From: Utricularia gibba
Taxonomy: Eukaryota > Plantae > Magnoliophyta
Length of the DNA: 64,000 nucleotides
Assembly (NCBI GenBank): GCA_002189035.1
Contig: NEEC01000011.1
Coordinates: forward strand, 2,976,001 to 3,040,000
Reading direction: 5' to 3'
Below, one piece after another: positions 13,242-25,330 of this stretch. The translations under genes and the position numbers were made by a program. The notes under the pieces are model-generated. The model was not told where the DNA came from. It was given only the letters and a program-made list of their open reading frames with translations, and ran no database searches. Each line of letters starts with the position of its first letter. The first letter of the stretch is position 1.

Positions 13242-14684
13242 TCAGGCGACTGCAGGCATGTCCTTGAGCCAGGGGTCGAGGGGCTTGCCGATGGAGTAGA
13301 CGATGAAGCCGATCTCCCGGAGGTGGTTCACATCCACTATGTTTCTGCCATCGAAGATGAAGGCTGGTTTCTGCATGTTGTCATATATTCTTTGGTAGTC
13401 CAGCTTCTTGAACTCATCCCACTCTGTGATTATGCACACGGCATGTGCATCCTTGGTGGCTTCGTAGGCGTCCCAGACGGCTCGAACCTTCTTGATTGTG
13501 TTGGGGCTGGTTGGCTGGAGGTGCAGCGGATGGTCCCAGTCGAACTTGTTCAATGAAAGATCGCGTTGGATCTGGTCTTCAGTCACCTGAGGGTCATAGA
13601 TGCTGAGCTGCGCGTTGTCACCTAGAAGGCCCTTGCATACATCGATGGCGGGAGTTTCTCTTGTGTCGCCGGTGTCTTTCTTGAAGGCGAATCCCAAGAT
13701 GGCAATCTTTTTGTTGGAGACTGTGTTGAACATGGAGGCAACCACGCGGTTGACGAATCGATCCTTCTGGTAGTCATTGATCTTGATGACTTGTTTCCAG
13801 TATTCTGCGACCTCAGGAAGACCATTGCACTCGCAAATGTAGACTAGGTTCAGAATGTCCTTCTGGAAGCAGGACCCACCAAAACCAACACTGGCGTTGA
13901 GGAACTTGGGCCCGATTCTAGTGTCCTTTCCTACAGCGAAAGACACCTGAGTGACATCTGCCCCAGTGGCTTCACAAAGAGCGGACATGGCATTGACAGA
14001 TGATATTCTTTGAGCTAGAAATGCATTCGCAGCAAGTTTGGAGAGCTCGGCAGACCATAAGTTGGTGGTAATGATGCGATCCTCGGGAACCCAGTGTGCA
14101 TAAACATCCTTCAGTACTTGAACAGCCTTATTGCCCTCAGGAGTTTCCCTGCCACCAATGAGAACTCTGTCGGGTTTCAAGAGATCTTGAATTGCAGTGC
14201 CTTCAGCGAGGAACTCTGGATTCGAGAGAATCTGATAGTTTATTCCTTTGCTGTTGTGGGTCAAAATCTTCTCAATAGCCTCAGCTGTTTTGACCGGAAC
14301 AGTAGATTTCTCGACCACAATCTTATCTGATTTTGATACATCAGCGATCATGCGAGCAGCACTCTCCCAATAAGTCAAATCTGCAGCCTTGCCAGCTCCA
14401 AGACCCCTTGTCTTCGTCGGGGTATTGACGGAGACGAAGACGATGTCAGCCTCACACACATGTTTCTCAACCTCAGTACTGAAGAAGAGATTCTTGCCCC
14501 GGCATTGTTTCACTACCTCATCAAGACCAGGTTCATATATGGGAAGCTGATCACTGTTCCAGGCGTGGATGCGACTCACAGAGATGTCAACTACAGCTAC
14601 TTGGATCGAAGGGCAGTTTAGTGCTATAACAGCCATTGTAGGCCCACCAACATAGCCTGCTCCTATACAGCAAATCTTCACCAT
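13242..14684 (-). CDS. UGD: UDP-glucose 6-dehydrogenase, 480 aa, single coding exon with a long 5'UTR intron (about 14704-15467)
   Basis: [35 protein letters not shown] with catalytic Cys, and [13 protein letters not shown]. True ATG is at 14684; the ORF-track extension upstream is intron. Confidence 0.98.
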   Translation of the reverse strand: MVKICCIGAGYVGGPTMAVIALNCPSIQVAVVDISVSRIHAWNSDQLPIYEPGLDEVVKQCRGKNLFFSTEVEKHVCEADIVFVSVNTPTKTRGLGAGKAADLTYWESAARMIADVSKSDKIVVEKSTVPVKTAEAIEKILTHNSKGINYQILSNPEFLAEGTAIQDLLKPDRVLIGGRETPEGNKAVQVLKDVYAHWVPEDRIITTNLWSAELSKLAANAFLAQRISSVNAMSALCEATGADVTQVSFAVGKDTRIGPKFLNASVGFGGSCFQKDILNLVYICECNGLPEVAEYWKQVIKINDYQKDRFVNRVVASMFNTVSNKKIAILGFAFKKDTGDTRETPAIDVCKGLLGDNAQLSIYDPQVTEDQIQRDLSLNKFDWDHPLHLQPTSPNTIKKVRAVWDAYEATKDAHAVCIITEWDEFKKLDYQRIYDNMQKPAFIFDGRNIVDVNHLREIGFIVYSIGKPLDPWLKDMPAVA

Positions 14685-15530
14685 GTTTCTCTTTTCCTCT
14701 GACCTAAAAAACAACAGCAGATGACGAGATACTAAATTATCTTCAATCACGATGGAAAATACATAGGCTTCAACTGCATACTGTAAGGAAATCATCTAGG
14801 CAGTGGCAAGTTTCCGAATAACCAATGACACTTATAAAGTAACAGCACAGGAAAAACTTCAACCAGTTTTAGCGTTGTATTCCACCAAAAGCATCCATTT
14901 AGAACAGCCTTCAAATTGTCAAATTACATAGAACCATTAAGTTACATATTTACTCGAATCAAGCCCCCCATGAACCGCCAACGCAGTTCGCAGGATTATT
15001 TTTCAAGCAATGAGCTCCAAATCATCACTGATCATTTCTTACGAACCACATAACCCAAGAAAGTCCAAAAACTTAACATTGACTCAACCGCTCAAACAGA
15101 TCTGCCTAAACAATCAGGCAATTCAACATCACCTCCACTAAATCCACACAGAAGATAGATCAGCATAAAATAAAAATCTATGAGGTTGCGTGAACAAAAA
15201 AGCAACATCGATCCGAGGAAGCAAGAAGAAGAATCGCAAGTTGTAAACAAGCAAATCAAGAACATGACAATCAGCACATTTCCGCTATCTCAAACCAAAA
15301 ACTCCTGAAACATGGAAATTAAGAAAAAAAATCAGCTGGAAACTGAAGAAAATACCAACGATTGGCGAATCTGGCAACAGAACTGCTCCGCGCACCAGCA
15401 AAATGAGCAATCAAATGTCGAACACCGCGAGAAATGACGGTGACATTCCAGTGAATGACACAAATACCCCTCCTCCGTCGGCGGAAACCTACAAATAAAT
15501 AAAATAGCGGGTAATTGGCCTGTATGCTAT

Positions 15531-15553
15531 CGATCACGTGATGACGGCACGTG
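15531..15553. promoter_or_regulatory. Paired G-boxes in the very short divergent UGD/DUF3754 promoter
   Basis: CACGTG at 15535-15540 (inside palindrome ATCACGTGAT) and at 15548-15553, with TGACG between them. Confidence 0.5.
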
Positions 15554-15659
15554 AGTTTTTCTCCATTATGTAAAAAATGATTTGTCAAGAATAAAGGCAT
15601 TAACAGCAAATCTTCTTCTGTCATTCCGTTTTTGTGCACAGAGCGGTTACTGCTTGCTG

Positions 15660-18600
15660 ATGGGAAAGCTGATGGCGGAAGATGAACCAGGAGAAAGGAA
15701 GCCGACGAGGAAGAACAAGATCATGATCCGCTTGGAGCGGGAGTCTGTAATCGCGATCCTGAAGCCGAAGCTCATCGTTCACTTGGCCAACCTCATTGGT
15801 ACAGTTTTCATTTTGCTGTTTGGAGGATCTCCGATGAAAGACTCTATGAAAACTGTGCCAGTGATATGGTGATCTTGAAGTTTCGTGAATCTAGGTTCTT
15901 GGTTTACGTGAAGGTTACCGAGAGAGAAGTGTGAGAGTGACGTAATCGTTTCTTTTCTTTTTTCTTGTGCTCTGGATAATAGGAGATTGGTTCTTGCTGA
16001 AAGTGGCCCTAGATGAGACTTTTTGCCATATATTTGTTCTCATGGAAACCAAAATGTCTTTTGAACTGGATTAGCTAGGTAGAGAAACCGACCATTTATG
16101 CGGTTGTAGTTTCTTCCTTGTCATTTTGCAAGAGGAAATTTGATGTGAAAATGGTAAAGACGGAAATCAAAAAGAAAATCGGTGAAGAGATATGATGTGA
16201 TATTATCTTTCGCCTTCACTATCTAGTTTCTTCATCCATTCCATATGTAATTTATTGATTGTCCTGCAGAGCATAGCTCTGATCGTGTTGAGTTTATGAA
16301 ACTATGCAAAAGAATAGAGTATACGATAAGAGCTTGGTATACGTTGCAGTTCGAGGACCTGATGGTATATTGGAGTACCTTCCGCTATGTTTATTTGGAT
16401 ATTTCCCCCAGAGATTTCGGGCCTCATTACTTCTTTTACTTCTTGGAAGCAACTGTATTCCCTCTTTGATCCTGTTCATGGCACTGAAAAGTTGGAGCAG
16501 CAGAATTTGACGCATGGCGAAATTGAGGCACTTGAACGGAATTTCTTGCAGTCCTTATTCCAGGTAGATTTAACAGGATGAAATGCCCATGAGGTTCTTC
16601 AAATCAATGGATGTGCCTCCTCATTAGAGTAAAGGAGAAATAGAAATTCACTCTAGGGGTTTTCTTTTTCCTTTGACCAGACATCTTCCTTTTTCTATGG
16701 ACAGGTTATGCAGAAGAGTAATTTCAAAATCGTAACTGATGAAGAGATTGAGGTTGCACATTCAGGGCAGTATCTCCTAAATCTTCCCATCGTAGTTGAT
16801 GAAACCAAGGTCCAGTTTTGAAATATCTCTTATAATCTAAACAAGTTGTGTTCCCACGTATACTAAAAGCTATGCATCCTGACTGCAGCTTGATAAAAAG
16901 CTCTTAAGTGGTTATTTTGAATCTCATCCTCATGAGGACCTTCCGGATTTTGCTGATAAGGTATATTATCTCTTTCGCTCCCTGTCTTTGCATTCAATAA
17001 CTGCAAGTTAGCAATTAGAGTGTTCCCTTTTCTCTTTTTTTCAGTATATAATCTTCCGACGTGGGATTGGCATTGATAAGACAACTGATTATTTCTTCAT
17101 GGAGAAAGTCGATGCTATGCTTGGACGCTTTTGGTCATGGATTTTGAAGAAAACGAGGCAAGTGAGATTCTTTATCCTCTGGAATATATCTGACCTGTAG
17201 TTTTTCTTTTCATGCTTAACAGTTTTCTCCTACATGCAGGCTGGAGAGGGTTTTTTCTAGGAGGTCTAGTTCAAGATCTAAGAAGGAAAAAAGAAAACCT
17301 GGTGAAATCACCTCTGAATCAGATAGCACTGAATTAAGCATCGAGCGAATTCATCTTGAGAACATGGACCTCAGGTTATTCCTACAGCCTGTAACCAAAA
17401 GCTAGTAATTACATTAAACCAAAAAAAACTTTTCCTTCCCAAATTGTGACCTCATATTTATGTTTTTCAGTTTCCACAATCTTTTTAGCAAAATTACAAT
17501 TCAAGAACCCACCTTCGATCGAATCATTGTCATCTACAGGTATGTGTTTTTATGATATATTAAGTAAGATTTATTATTATCCAATCTAAAAAGCATATTC
17601 CTTCCCTAACCTTAGAGGATCGTAACAGGTCCCCATTCAGTTTCAAACCCTCTCTAGGTTGAGTATCAGAATGATCCATATAACCAACCAAAATTTGAGC
17701 TTTATTGTTTGCTTCCACTTACATACCACTACCATGATCATGTAACTAAGTAATTGGGATCCACCACAATTCGCTTAGGCCCTCTTCAGCTGCCCTCAAG
17801 TTTTGTTAAAAATATGCATTTCTAATCATCATGATATTTCTTGGAGTATTTAACTTGTAGTTTTCTTAAAATTCTCTGGCAGACGAGCAAGTTCCAAAAC
17901 GAATCCTGATAGAGGAATATTTGTGAAGCATTTCAAAAACATCCCCATGGCTGATATGGAAATTGTCCTCGTGAGTTTTCCTTATCCTTTATTCTAGTAG
18001 ACGTGTAGTTTCTCTTAAGTTCCATTTTTTCTTCTGCATCGTGTGTTTTCATCTCATGACTAATCACCCTTGGACGACCTTTCAACGTTTTAAACAGCCC
18101 GAGAAGAAAAATCCTAGTTTAACACCAATGGACTGGGTTAAATTTCTGGTATCCGCAGTTGTTGGACTGGTTAGTTCCTTCATTGCTTCAAACCTCGGTT
18201 TACCACACCTCTCATGTTCACAAATGTTGGCCAACTCATTTCAGGTTGCTGTGGCAGGGTCCATTGAAATGCCTAACGCTGACCTCTGGGTCATATTCGC
18301 TGTTCTTTCAACTGTGATTGGCTATTGTGCTAAGATATACTTCACGTAATGTATCTGCTAACCTCTATATCCACTGAAACGCACATATATAAGTTTATAT
18401 CATCAGGTTTCAGCAGAATATGGTGGCCTATCAAAATCTGATCACTCAGTCGATGTACGACAAGCAATTAGACAGTGGGAAGGGAACACTTCTTCACATG
18501 TGCGATGATGTGATCCAACAAGAGGTTACTTCAATGTTCCAAACATTTCCAATTAAAATTGCCCTTCTGTCGCTCCGTGCTTTACATTGACTCCCCCAGT

Positions 18601-19039
18601 GCAGGTGAAGGAGGTCATAATTTCGTATTTCATATTGATGGAGCAAGGCAAGGCAACTCTGGAGGTACGAAACTCTCTCCAGGTTCAATGATGCATCATC
18701 CTCTTTCTCGCGTTGGTTAACATCTTTGAACCCAGGACCTTGACAAGCAATGTGAAGAGCTGATTGAAGAAGAGTTTGGTGTGCACTGCAACTTTGATGT
18801 TGATGATGCAGTCCAGAAACTGGAGAAGCTAGGCATCGTCTGCCGGGTGAGCTCAAACCCCCATTTTTAACAGTGGATTGAGGGATCACATCCCAGCCCA
18901 ACACCTGAATTTCTATGTGGGGTTCCAGGACACGATCGGACGGTTTTACTGCGTCCCTCTAAAGCGCGCAAACGAGATCATCGGTACGACCACGGAAGAA
19001 GTTGTACTGAAAGCCAGCCAAGGCTCTACTACTGGTTAG
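15660..19039 (+). CDS. DUF3754 family protein, about 14 exons, one GC-AG intron
   Basis: [48 protein letters not shown]...[10 protein letters not shown]...[20 protein letters not shown]...YIIFRRGIG...[19 protein letters not shown]...[17 protein letters not shown]. All exons join in frame. Confidence 0.92.
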
Positions 19040-19041
19040 TC

Positions 19042-19057
19042 CTCTCTCTCTCTCTCT
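19042..19057 (+). repeat. (CT)8 microsatellite just after the DUF3754 stop
   Basis: cctctctctctctctctcc read directly. Confidence 0.85.
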
Positions 19058-19673
19058 CCGGTGGAGGCTTGGCTCGTCTCGTCATATTCTATACCTTGGA
19101 TTACACCTTCTTTATCAAACGCATGTGTGTATATAAGAATAAAAAAAGGGATGGCATTTCCAGAGAGTTGCAGAAACATGAGGTTTCCTTTGTGAATAGT
19201 TGTTGATTCTACGAGACCTGAAGCCTCGTAACTGGACGAAACATCATCCAGATGCCACTAAAAAGAAATATAGCGAAGATTGTTTAAAGAATTATTTTAT
19301 ATTTTTAACAAAAATTTTAAATTAAAAAATTCAGTTTACAATTCATGACTAAATCAGAAAATACAAAAGAAAATTTTTTATATTTTTTACCTTCAATCCA
19401 ACTGAAGCAAGTTCAGTTTAGTAAAGCAATTCTACTAAGAAAAAAAAAAAAGAATGTATTACAAAAGAATCAAGAAACAGACACACAGTCGGGTTATTAC
19501 AAAACGCATCAAAAGTGAAGTATGAAGAGAGGGTCTCTCTCGCTCTCTGTGCACATGAGTGGGAAGGCGTCTTCTTCAGAAGCTCAGCAACCAAAATCAT
19601 ATCTTACAACATGTACGGACTGAAGGAAACCGGTTTTTGCCGCTCTGGTACCGAATCTCGTTCGCCGGGATCA

Positions 19674-21365
19674 TCAATAGGAGAACTCGTGACCTCGCAG
19701 CGAAATGTACTTCTTGACCCAAATAGCGATGTCTTCTGCACACGCCTGAGCTTGTGGTGTCTTGAGAAGCATTTCAAGTGTTGCAAACTCGTGAACTGCA
19801 TCCTTGTATTCTAGAACTGGGGCATCCACATTCACCTTCCTGAGCTCTTCTGAGTAGGCAATGGCCCTGTCTCTCATCCAATCATGTTCGGCTACCACGG
19901 TCAGTGTTGGGGGCATCTGCTTCAAGGGAGGCCCTCCTCCTCCTCCTTTTGGATCAAGTGGATTGGCAGCAGGATGATCCAGGTCGTATTCCTCCTCGGG
20001 TAAGAACAGCTTCCAAGCAAGCACACTCATGGGCTTGTCATAGAAGTAGGAGTTGGCCAGTTTGATTTCTGAGTGTGTAGGGACACTCCCCGCGAAGAAG
20101 GGATACATCAGAACTTGAGCAACCACCTTTACTGGGTCCAGAAGTTTGCTCGCCTCAACTGCTTTCCTTGCTAGAAAATTAGCAATATTCCCGCCACAGC
20201 TCACCCCAAGAAGAACACACCTGTGTAGCAGATAATAGAACGAAGCCATCCCTTACTTTAGAGAGAGAGAATATTTCCTTTCCTTATACATGTGGATTAC
20301 TTAACATGTTCTAAAAGCTTCAGGCTACAAAGAATAACAACAGACATAAACATGGATGGCCTTTACGACTCTGATTTTCTTGAAATGCATAGAGACTACA
20401 CTTAAAGTATTTACTTCACGTATTTCATTTGACATTGATGAAAACAAAGTGAAAACCACAATCACAATAAATTGACGAAGTAAATTAAAAAAAAAAAAAA
20501 CCAACCTTGATGGATTACCATGGGCAGCCAACCAAGGCTCTATCATCGAAGCACCAAACGCATCTGCGATATGCCAACTTTCCTCAGACCTCCTTAAACT
20601 TGCCCCACCCCCCCTACCGATAGACTTGCTACATTCAGCAAGATTTGCCTGCTTTGCGAGCCAATGCAGAACCTTTAAACCATCATCAAATGCAGCAGGG
20701 TACTTGTTCTCGGGTGCCAATCTGTATCCTACAGCTAAGACAATTGCATCACACAGCTTCGCAATTCGCCTACAGAAAGTGTCGTTTGCTTCTGAAACAT
20801 TGCTGCCACTCACAAAGCCTCCACCATGAAACTGCAGCATCACCGGTAATTTACGGCAATTATTCCCCACCGGATTATACCCTCTGTAACCCCCACTTTC
20901 GCTTTTCAAAATCATCCCATCCTCGGGACTACCCCCGTAACTACTTCGCCGACGAGCATTATCAATTCCCACAGCACGATTCACAACTGAATCGCCGTTG
21001 CTGGTGGAGACAATCCCGTTATTCGTCGATCCATAACTGCTGCGACGATTTCGATCAGATCCGGAATTCACCTTCTCAAGTCGGGATTTTGATACCGCAT
21101 CCGGTAATTGAAGACACGTATCCGGTAGAAAAATCCTAATCGACAGAGACGTCACAGGATCGATATGAATATCCTTGGTCGCGACGCCGTCGGTGAAAGT
21201 CGGCCTCGCAGCCACCCCAATCTCCTCCTCAGGTCTCGATGTCACACCGAACGAAGCCCCCGCGCCAGCAGCGTCATTCTCCGCGCCTTGCAACCGGTTC
21301 TGCAACCGCTGCCTCAGCATAAACTTAAAAAACACGCTGTACAACTTCACGCCGATGCTCGGCAT
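19674..21365 (-). CDS. Carboxylesterase, CXE11/CXE16 type (alpha/beta hydrolase), 2 exons (intron 20221-20505)
   Basis: MPSIGVKLYSVFFKF, HGGGF oxyanion motif, GVSCG nucleophile elbow, AEHDWMRD (Asp), VHEFATL (His). Confidence 0.95.
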
Positions 21366-22290
21366 TTCCCTAGGAATCCGTCGCGACCTCCGAGCTGCCC
21401 AAGGATCCCAGAAGAATGATCAACAGACCAGCAAATCCGCCGTCGAATTGGTCGCCAAATTGGGGATGATGATTGAAATCAGGTCGCGGCGGCTTCAATT
21501 AAAACAACCCCATCTGTGGAAGAAGGCGGTCCCCTATTCAGATACACCTTGACCAAATTAACTCAACTAATTGTGTATTATTATATTAATTAGCCTAATC
21601 AATGCTAACCCTTCCATAACAATACCACCCTCAACCCCCTTTTTTAATATTATTCATTCATTTTTTAATTATATTTCTAATAAAATCATTATTTAAATAT
21701 ATATTTTAAAAATTATAGCAATTGAAATAAAAAATAATTATGAAAATAATGATTGAATTTTTATTTTATTAAATAACACAACTCATCTTCACTTGCATTT
21801 GTATTAAAATATTTTAGGCCTGGAGTTGGATGAAGAGGATGTGTATTACAAAATTGGTCTATTTTGAATATGTGATAAAGGTGAATACTTTATGCCTAAA
21901 AAATTGATCATTTTCTAAATTATCTGGCAAAGAAGATGTTGTGTTGTGAGCTCCATGGAGATCAAGAGCAGTGAAGAAGTTTAGGGAAGATGAAGAAGGG
22001 AAGCTGCTGTTTGATCCTGTCTGTGTTCACCTGATTCCTGTTAGCTTCCCTTCTTCTCAACTATCATCTTCATTCCTGCAAACACACTTGTGCCCACGCA
22101 CTCCAAATCCAGTAATGCACAATGGAAATTGCTATAACAGTGACAGTGTTTCAAGAAATCTATGCCATACAACATGAGGAATCAGGAAAAAGGAGCTAGC
22201 TAGGCTTTGAATTGTAGTGGACAACAATGGCAGAGGTTCCAGAAGGTACCTCAGATTCAAAGAATGGATACTTTGGCTTTGGGCGATGGT

Positions 22291-23031
22291 TCATCTTTCT
22301 TTCTTTTGATTTTCCTTGCTCTTCTCTGCAAAAAACTGTGCCCACAGATTCGAGATCCACAGAATACTGACAGAGATCGCCATAACTATAACAACAAGCC
22401 AAGAGATCCATGCCCATTTGGGTATAACCTCATCTGCAGCTCCACTGATGTAGAACTTGCTCATTCGGTAAACGAAGTAGGGACCCAATATCCCTCTGAC
22501 AACGGAGTACAGGGTGTAGAAGACGGGAGACAAGAGGGCGTACATTGTTGCGGCTGCTTTCACATCTGATCGTCTCATTCCGGAGAGAGTCCACGCATTC
22601 TGCAGGAAGCTCGTTACCTCGGCCAGAAACAGTAGCACGAGAAGGGCGAAGGCGCCGTGGTAGACGACGAAGCGACAAGTCAAGAAAACGAAAAGCGTGG
22701 CGAGATGGTGGGCGATGAAGAGGTAATCCTCGGGATGGAAGACAACGTAATGGAGTAGATCCATTAGGAAATAGGCAGAGCTATAATCGAGAACTAGGTT
22801 TTGGGATTGGGAATTGGGGGAGTTGAAACTCCGCTCGGGATCGGAGAAAATGGAGAAACAGGCTAACGCCGCTGCCGGCGTACCGTGGATCAGAGATATC
22901 ACGCAGCTAGATGCTTCAGAGCGGAGTTTCGCCGGCCACCGGCGGAGTAGAACGAAATAGCCCACGAGGTAGACGATGAGAAAACCGGTGAAGAAAAGCG
23001 GGACGCTATTTGAGCTCGCCATGAAATCCAT
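22291..23031 (-). CDS. TLC (TRAM/LAG1/CLN8) domain membrane protein, 246 aa, intronless
   Basis: EASSCVISLIHGTPAA, LDYSSAYFLMDLLHY, FIAHHLATLFVF and AEVTSFLQNAWTL, with several hydrophobic helices. ATG at 23031. Confidence 0.92.
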   Translation of the reverse strand: MDFMASSNSVPLFFTGFLIVYLVGYFVLLRRWPAKLRSEASSCVISLIHGTPAAALACFSIFSDPERSFNSPNSQSQNLVLDYSSAYFLMDLLHYVVFHPEDYLFIAHHLATLFVFLTCRFVVYHGAFALLVLLFLAEVTSFLQNAWTLSGMRRSDVKAAATMYALLSPVFYTLYSVVRGILGPYFVYRMSKFYISGAADEVIPKWAWISWLVVIVMAISVSILWISNLWAQFFAEKSKENQKKER

Positions 23032-23718
23032 ACAGTTCCCGACGCTGAACAAATCAAATCTAAACGAAAAAACCGCAACTAGATTCCAGGGAAACGGGCT
23101 GCAGACGGCGGCGGCGGCGATCACACTGTTTTTCTTAGGAGACGGAGAAACCCTGCGCAAACTCTTGGACAGACGTGCACTCCTTCATATAGCGTGGAAC
23201 AAACTCGAAGAATATGCTCCCTTCCCTTCCCTACATTAGACCCACTTCTTCAATACGCGCAGTCTGCTGTTTCACGTCCGATGACCCAGAAGAAACAGCA
23301 CTTGCGCAGTGAGATCTACCAGTCACCGGAAAAGCTCAAGGTTCTCATTCAATTCCACCGCTTCTTACCAAAACCGGCAAGACTCCACCGCCATTGTTGG
23401 TTACTACACCAAGGTGCAAAGTAAGGGCCGTGCATGCAATGAATGAACAAGGCACTGAGTGCTGTCCCCACGCACACAGATAAGTACACAGTACAGAGAG
23501 ACAAAACTATGGCATACCAAACCAAATGGAAGCATTTTTCTCAGACTAAACCCATTTCTTTCTGTTCGGTAGACATTCGTGAGGATCGAATCTGAAACCC
23601 ACCGGCGATGGGAACGTGACAACCGCCATCACCAATCAAATTACCAAAGGGGGGGCCAGGCCAACTCAGGGCTGGCTTCTTCGTGGAGGAGCTACCAAGT
23701 CATCATACAACAGGTCAT

Positions 23719-25299
23719 TCATTTGTTGCTGTCTGGGATTTCCTGATCCTGTCTTGGAGGGTAGTCGATTTCTCCTTCCTCGACATCATCCTTGGTAATA
23801 TGGAGTCCTGGTGGTTCGACTTCGTCCTCCTCTTCATCCACTTTCATGTACAGTCCTAACTGCTCTAAGGGGTTACTGCCCACAAACTTGAAACTGCCAA
23901 AGGCACCTTGAGAGTCGTCTGGACTAGTTTCATCAACAGAACTAGGCAGTTGTTCAGGAGGGGCGACTCGTAGCATCTCTAGATCCTCAAGAAACCGCGA
24001 GTTTTCGTTGATTTCAACAGTCTTCTCCATCTATGTGGGGTAATGGCTCAAATTAGCATCATGGATGTAGAAACAAGGTTCAAAAGCTTTGGGTACAAAT
24101 GTTAAGCTGACCTTGAGTAATGCTTCTCTAGCTGCTTCTCTTTCGAGTTCTATCTTCCTCTTTTCCTTGGCTGCGGCTTCTTCTTCTAATCGTCTCCGTG
24201 CATCTTCTGCAGCCCTGGCTTCTTCTTGCAGCCTAGCCTTCTCTGGTAAATAAAAGTATCATCGTGATATTTGCGTTACTGCATAATGGTTTTAGAAGCC
24301 CAACTCGAATGGGGGGAAAAACCTTTTTTTTTCAGCATCTCAAGTTCCTCCCTTTCACGCCGCAGTTTCTCTGGATCTGCTTTATCATCCTGACGGGATT
24401 GGAAAAAAAAAAAGGAAACATAATTTGTTAGGTAGGGGCTAGCAAACGTCTATGAAACAAGACAGGATAAGTGAAATAGAAAACCAATTTACCTGGGAGA
24501 GAGTTTTTTCTCGAGCTTTCAAGATGGTATCAGCGAAACGGTTTTTCAAAAGAGCTGCCCTATACAGCTTGTCAGGAGAGACCTGTCTCTCAAGCTGCTG
24601 CACACGCTCTCCTGATTCTTAAACAGTGAGATAGAGGACGAGTATTAGTAAAATAAGAGACATCAAGACAACATCATAACTTATGTTACTTACCATCCAG
24701 CTGATCATCAGGATTAGTTTCACAAGACTTCATATGTAAACCTGGTTGAGGCACACCTAGCCCACCCCAGAAGCTGTACGGATAATCAAGTTTATCATCA
24801 GATTTTTGGTTGACTTCTACATTTACATCAATTGGCAATAATTTTCCTGTTATTTCAAGGCAAGGAAAATCCCAGCACAACTCAAAATGCTATTACGCAC
24901 GAGCAAGATCATACTTTACAGAGAAGAATGGAATTGTAAACGCTAAACATATATTTTAACCAGATGAGAAAACAGGCAAATACGCTAATAGTAAAATAAA
25001 AGGAAAGGGACTACAAAATTTTAGAAGTGAATGAAGCTTAATTACATTCTTCTGCTAGTCCATTGGCATCTTGCTCAACCAAGACTAATGGATCCGTGGA
25101 GAGAGCAGCCTCGTTTTCTCCAATATCTACATCTTGATCCACAGGTTCACTTCCTACAGGAAGACGAGAAAATGCAATTTCTTACGGTGAGAAAAGTGAA
25201 GTCGAATCCAATTCATATTTCATGTAAATAAAGGAGATGAACTAGAACCTTTGACAGCATGTGGTGAGGAGTTGCTGAATCCGGATACATTTGGTAGCT

Positions 25300-25330
<31 letters not shown>

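Noticed and set aside
13140-13556. 138-aa plus-strand ORF
   Set aside because: Antisense shadow of the UGD CDS.
23032-23160. N-terminal extension of the TLC ORF in the ORF track
   Set aside because: Starts at a non-ATG codon; family similarity begins at MDFMASS (23031).
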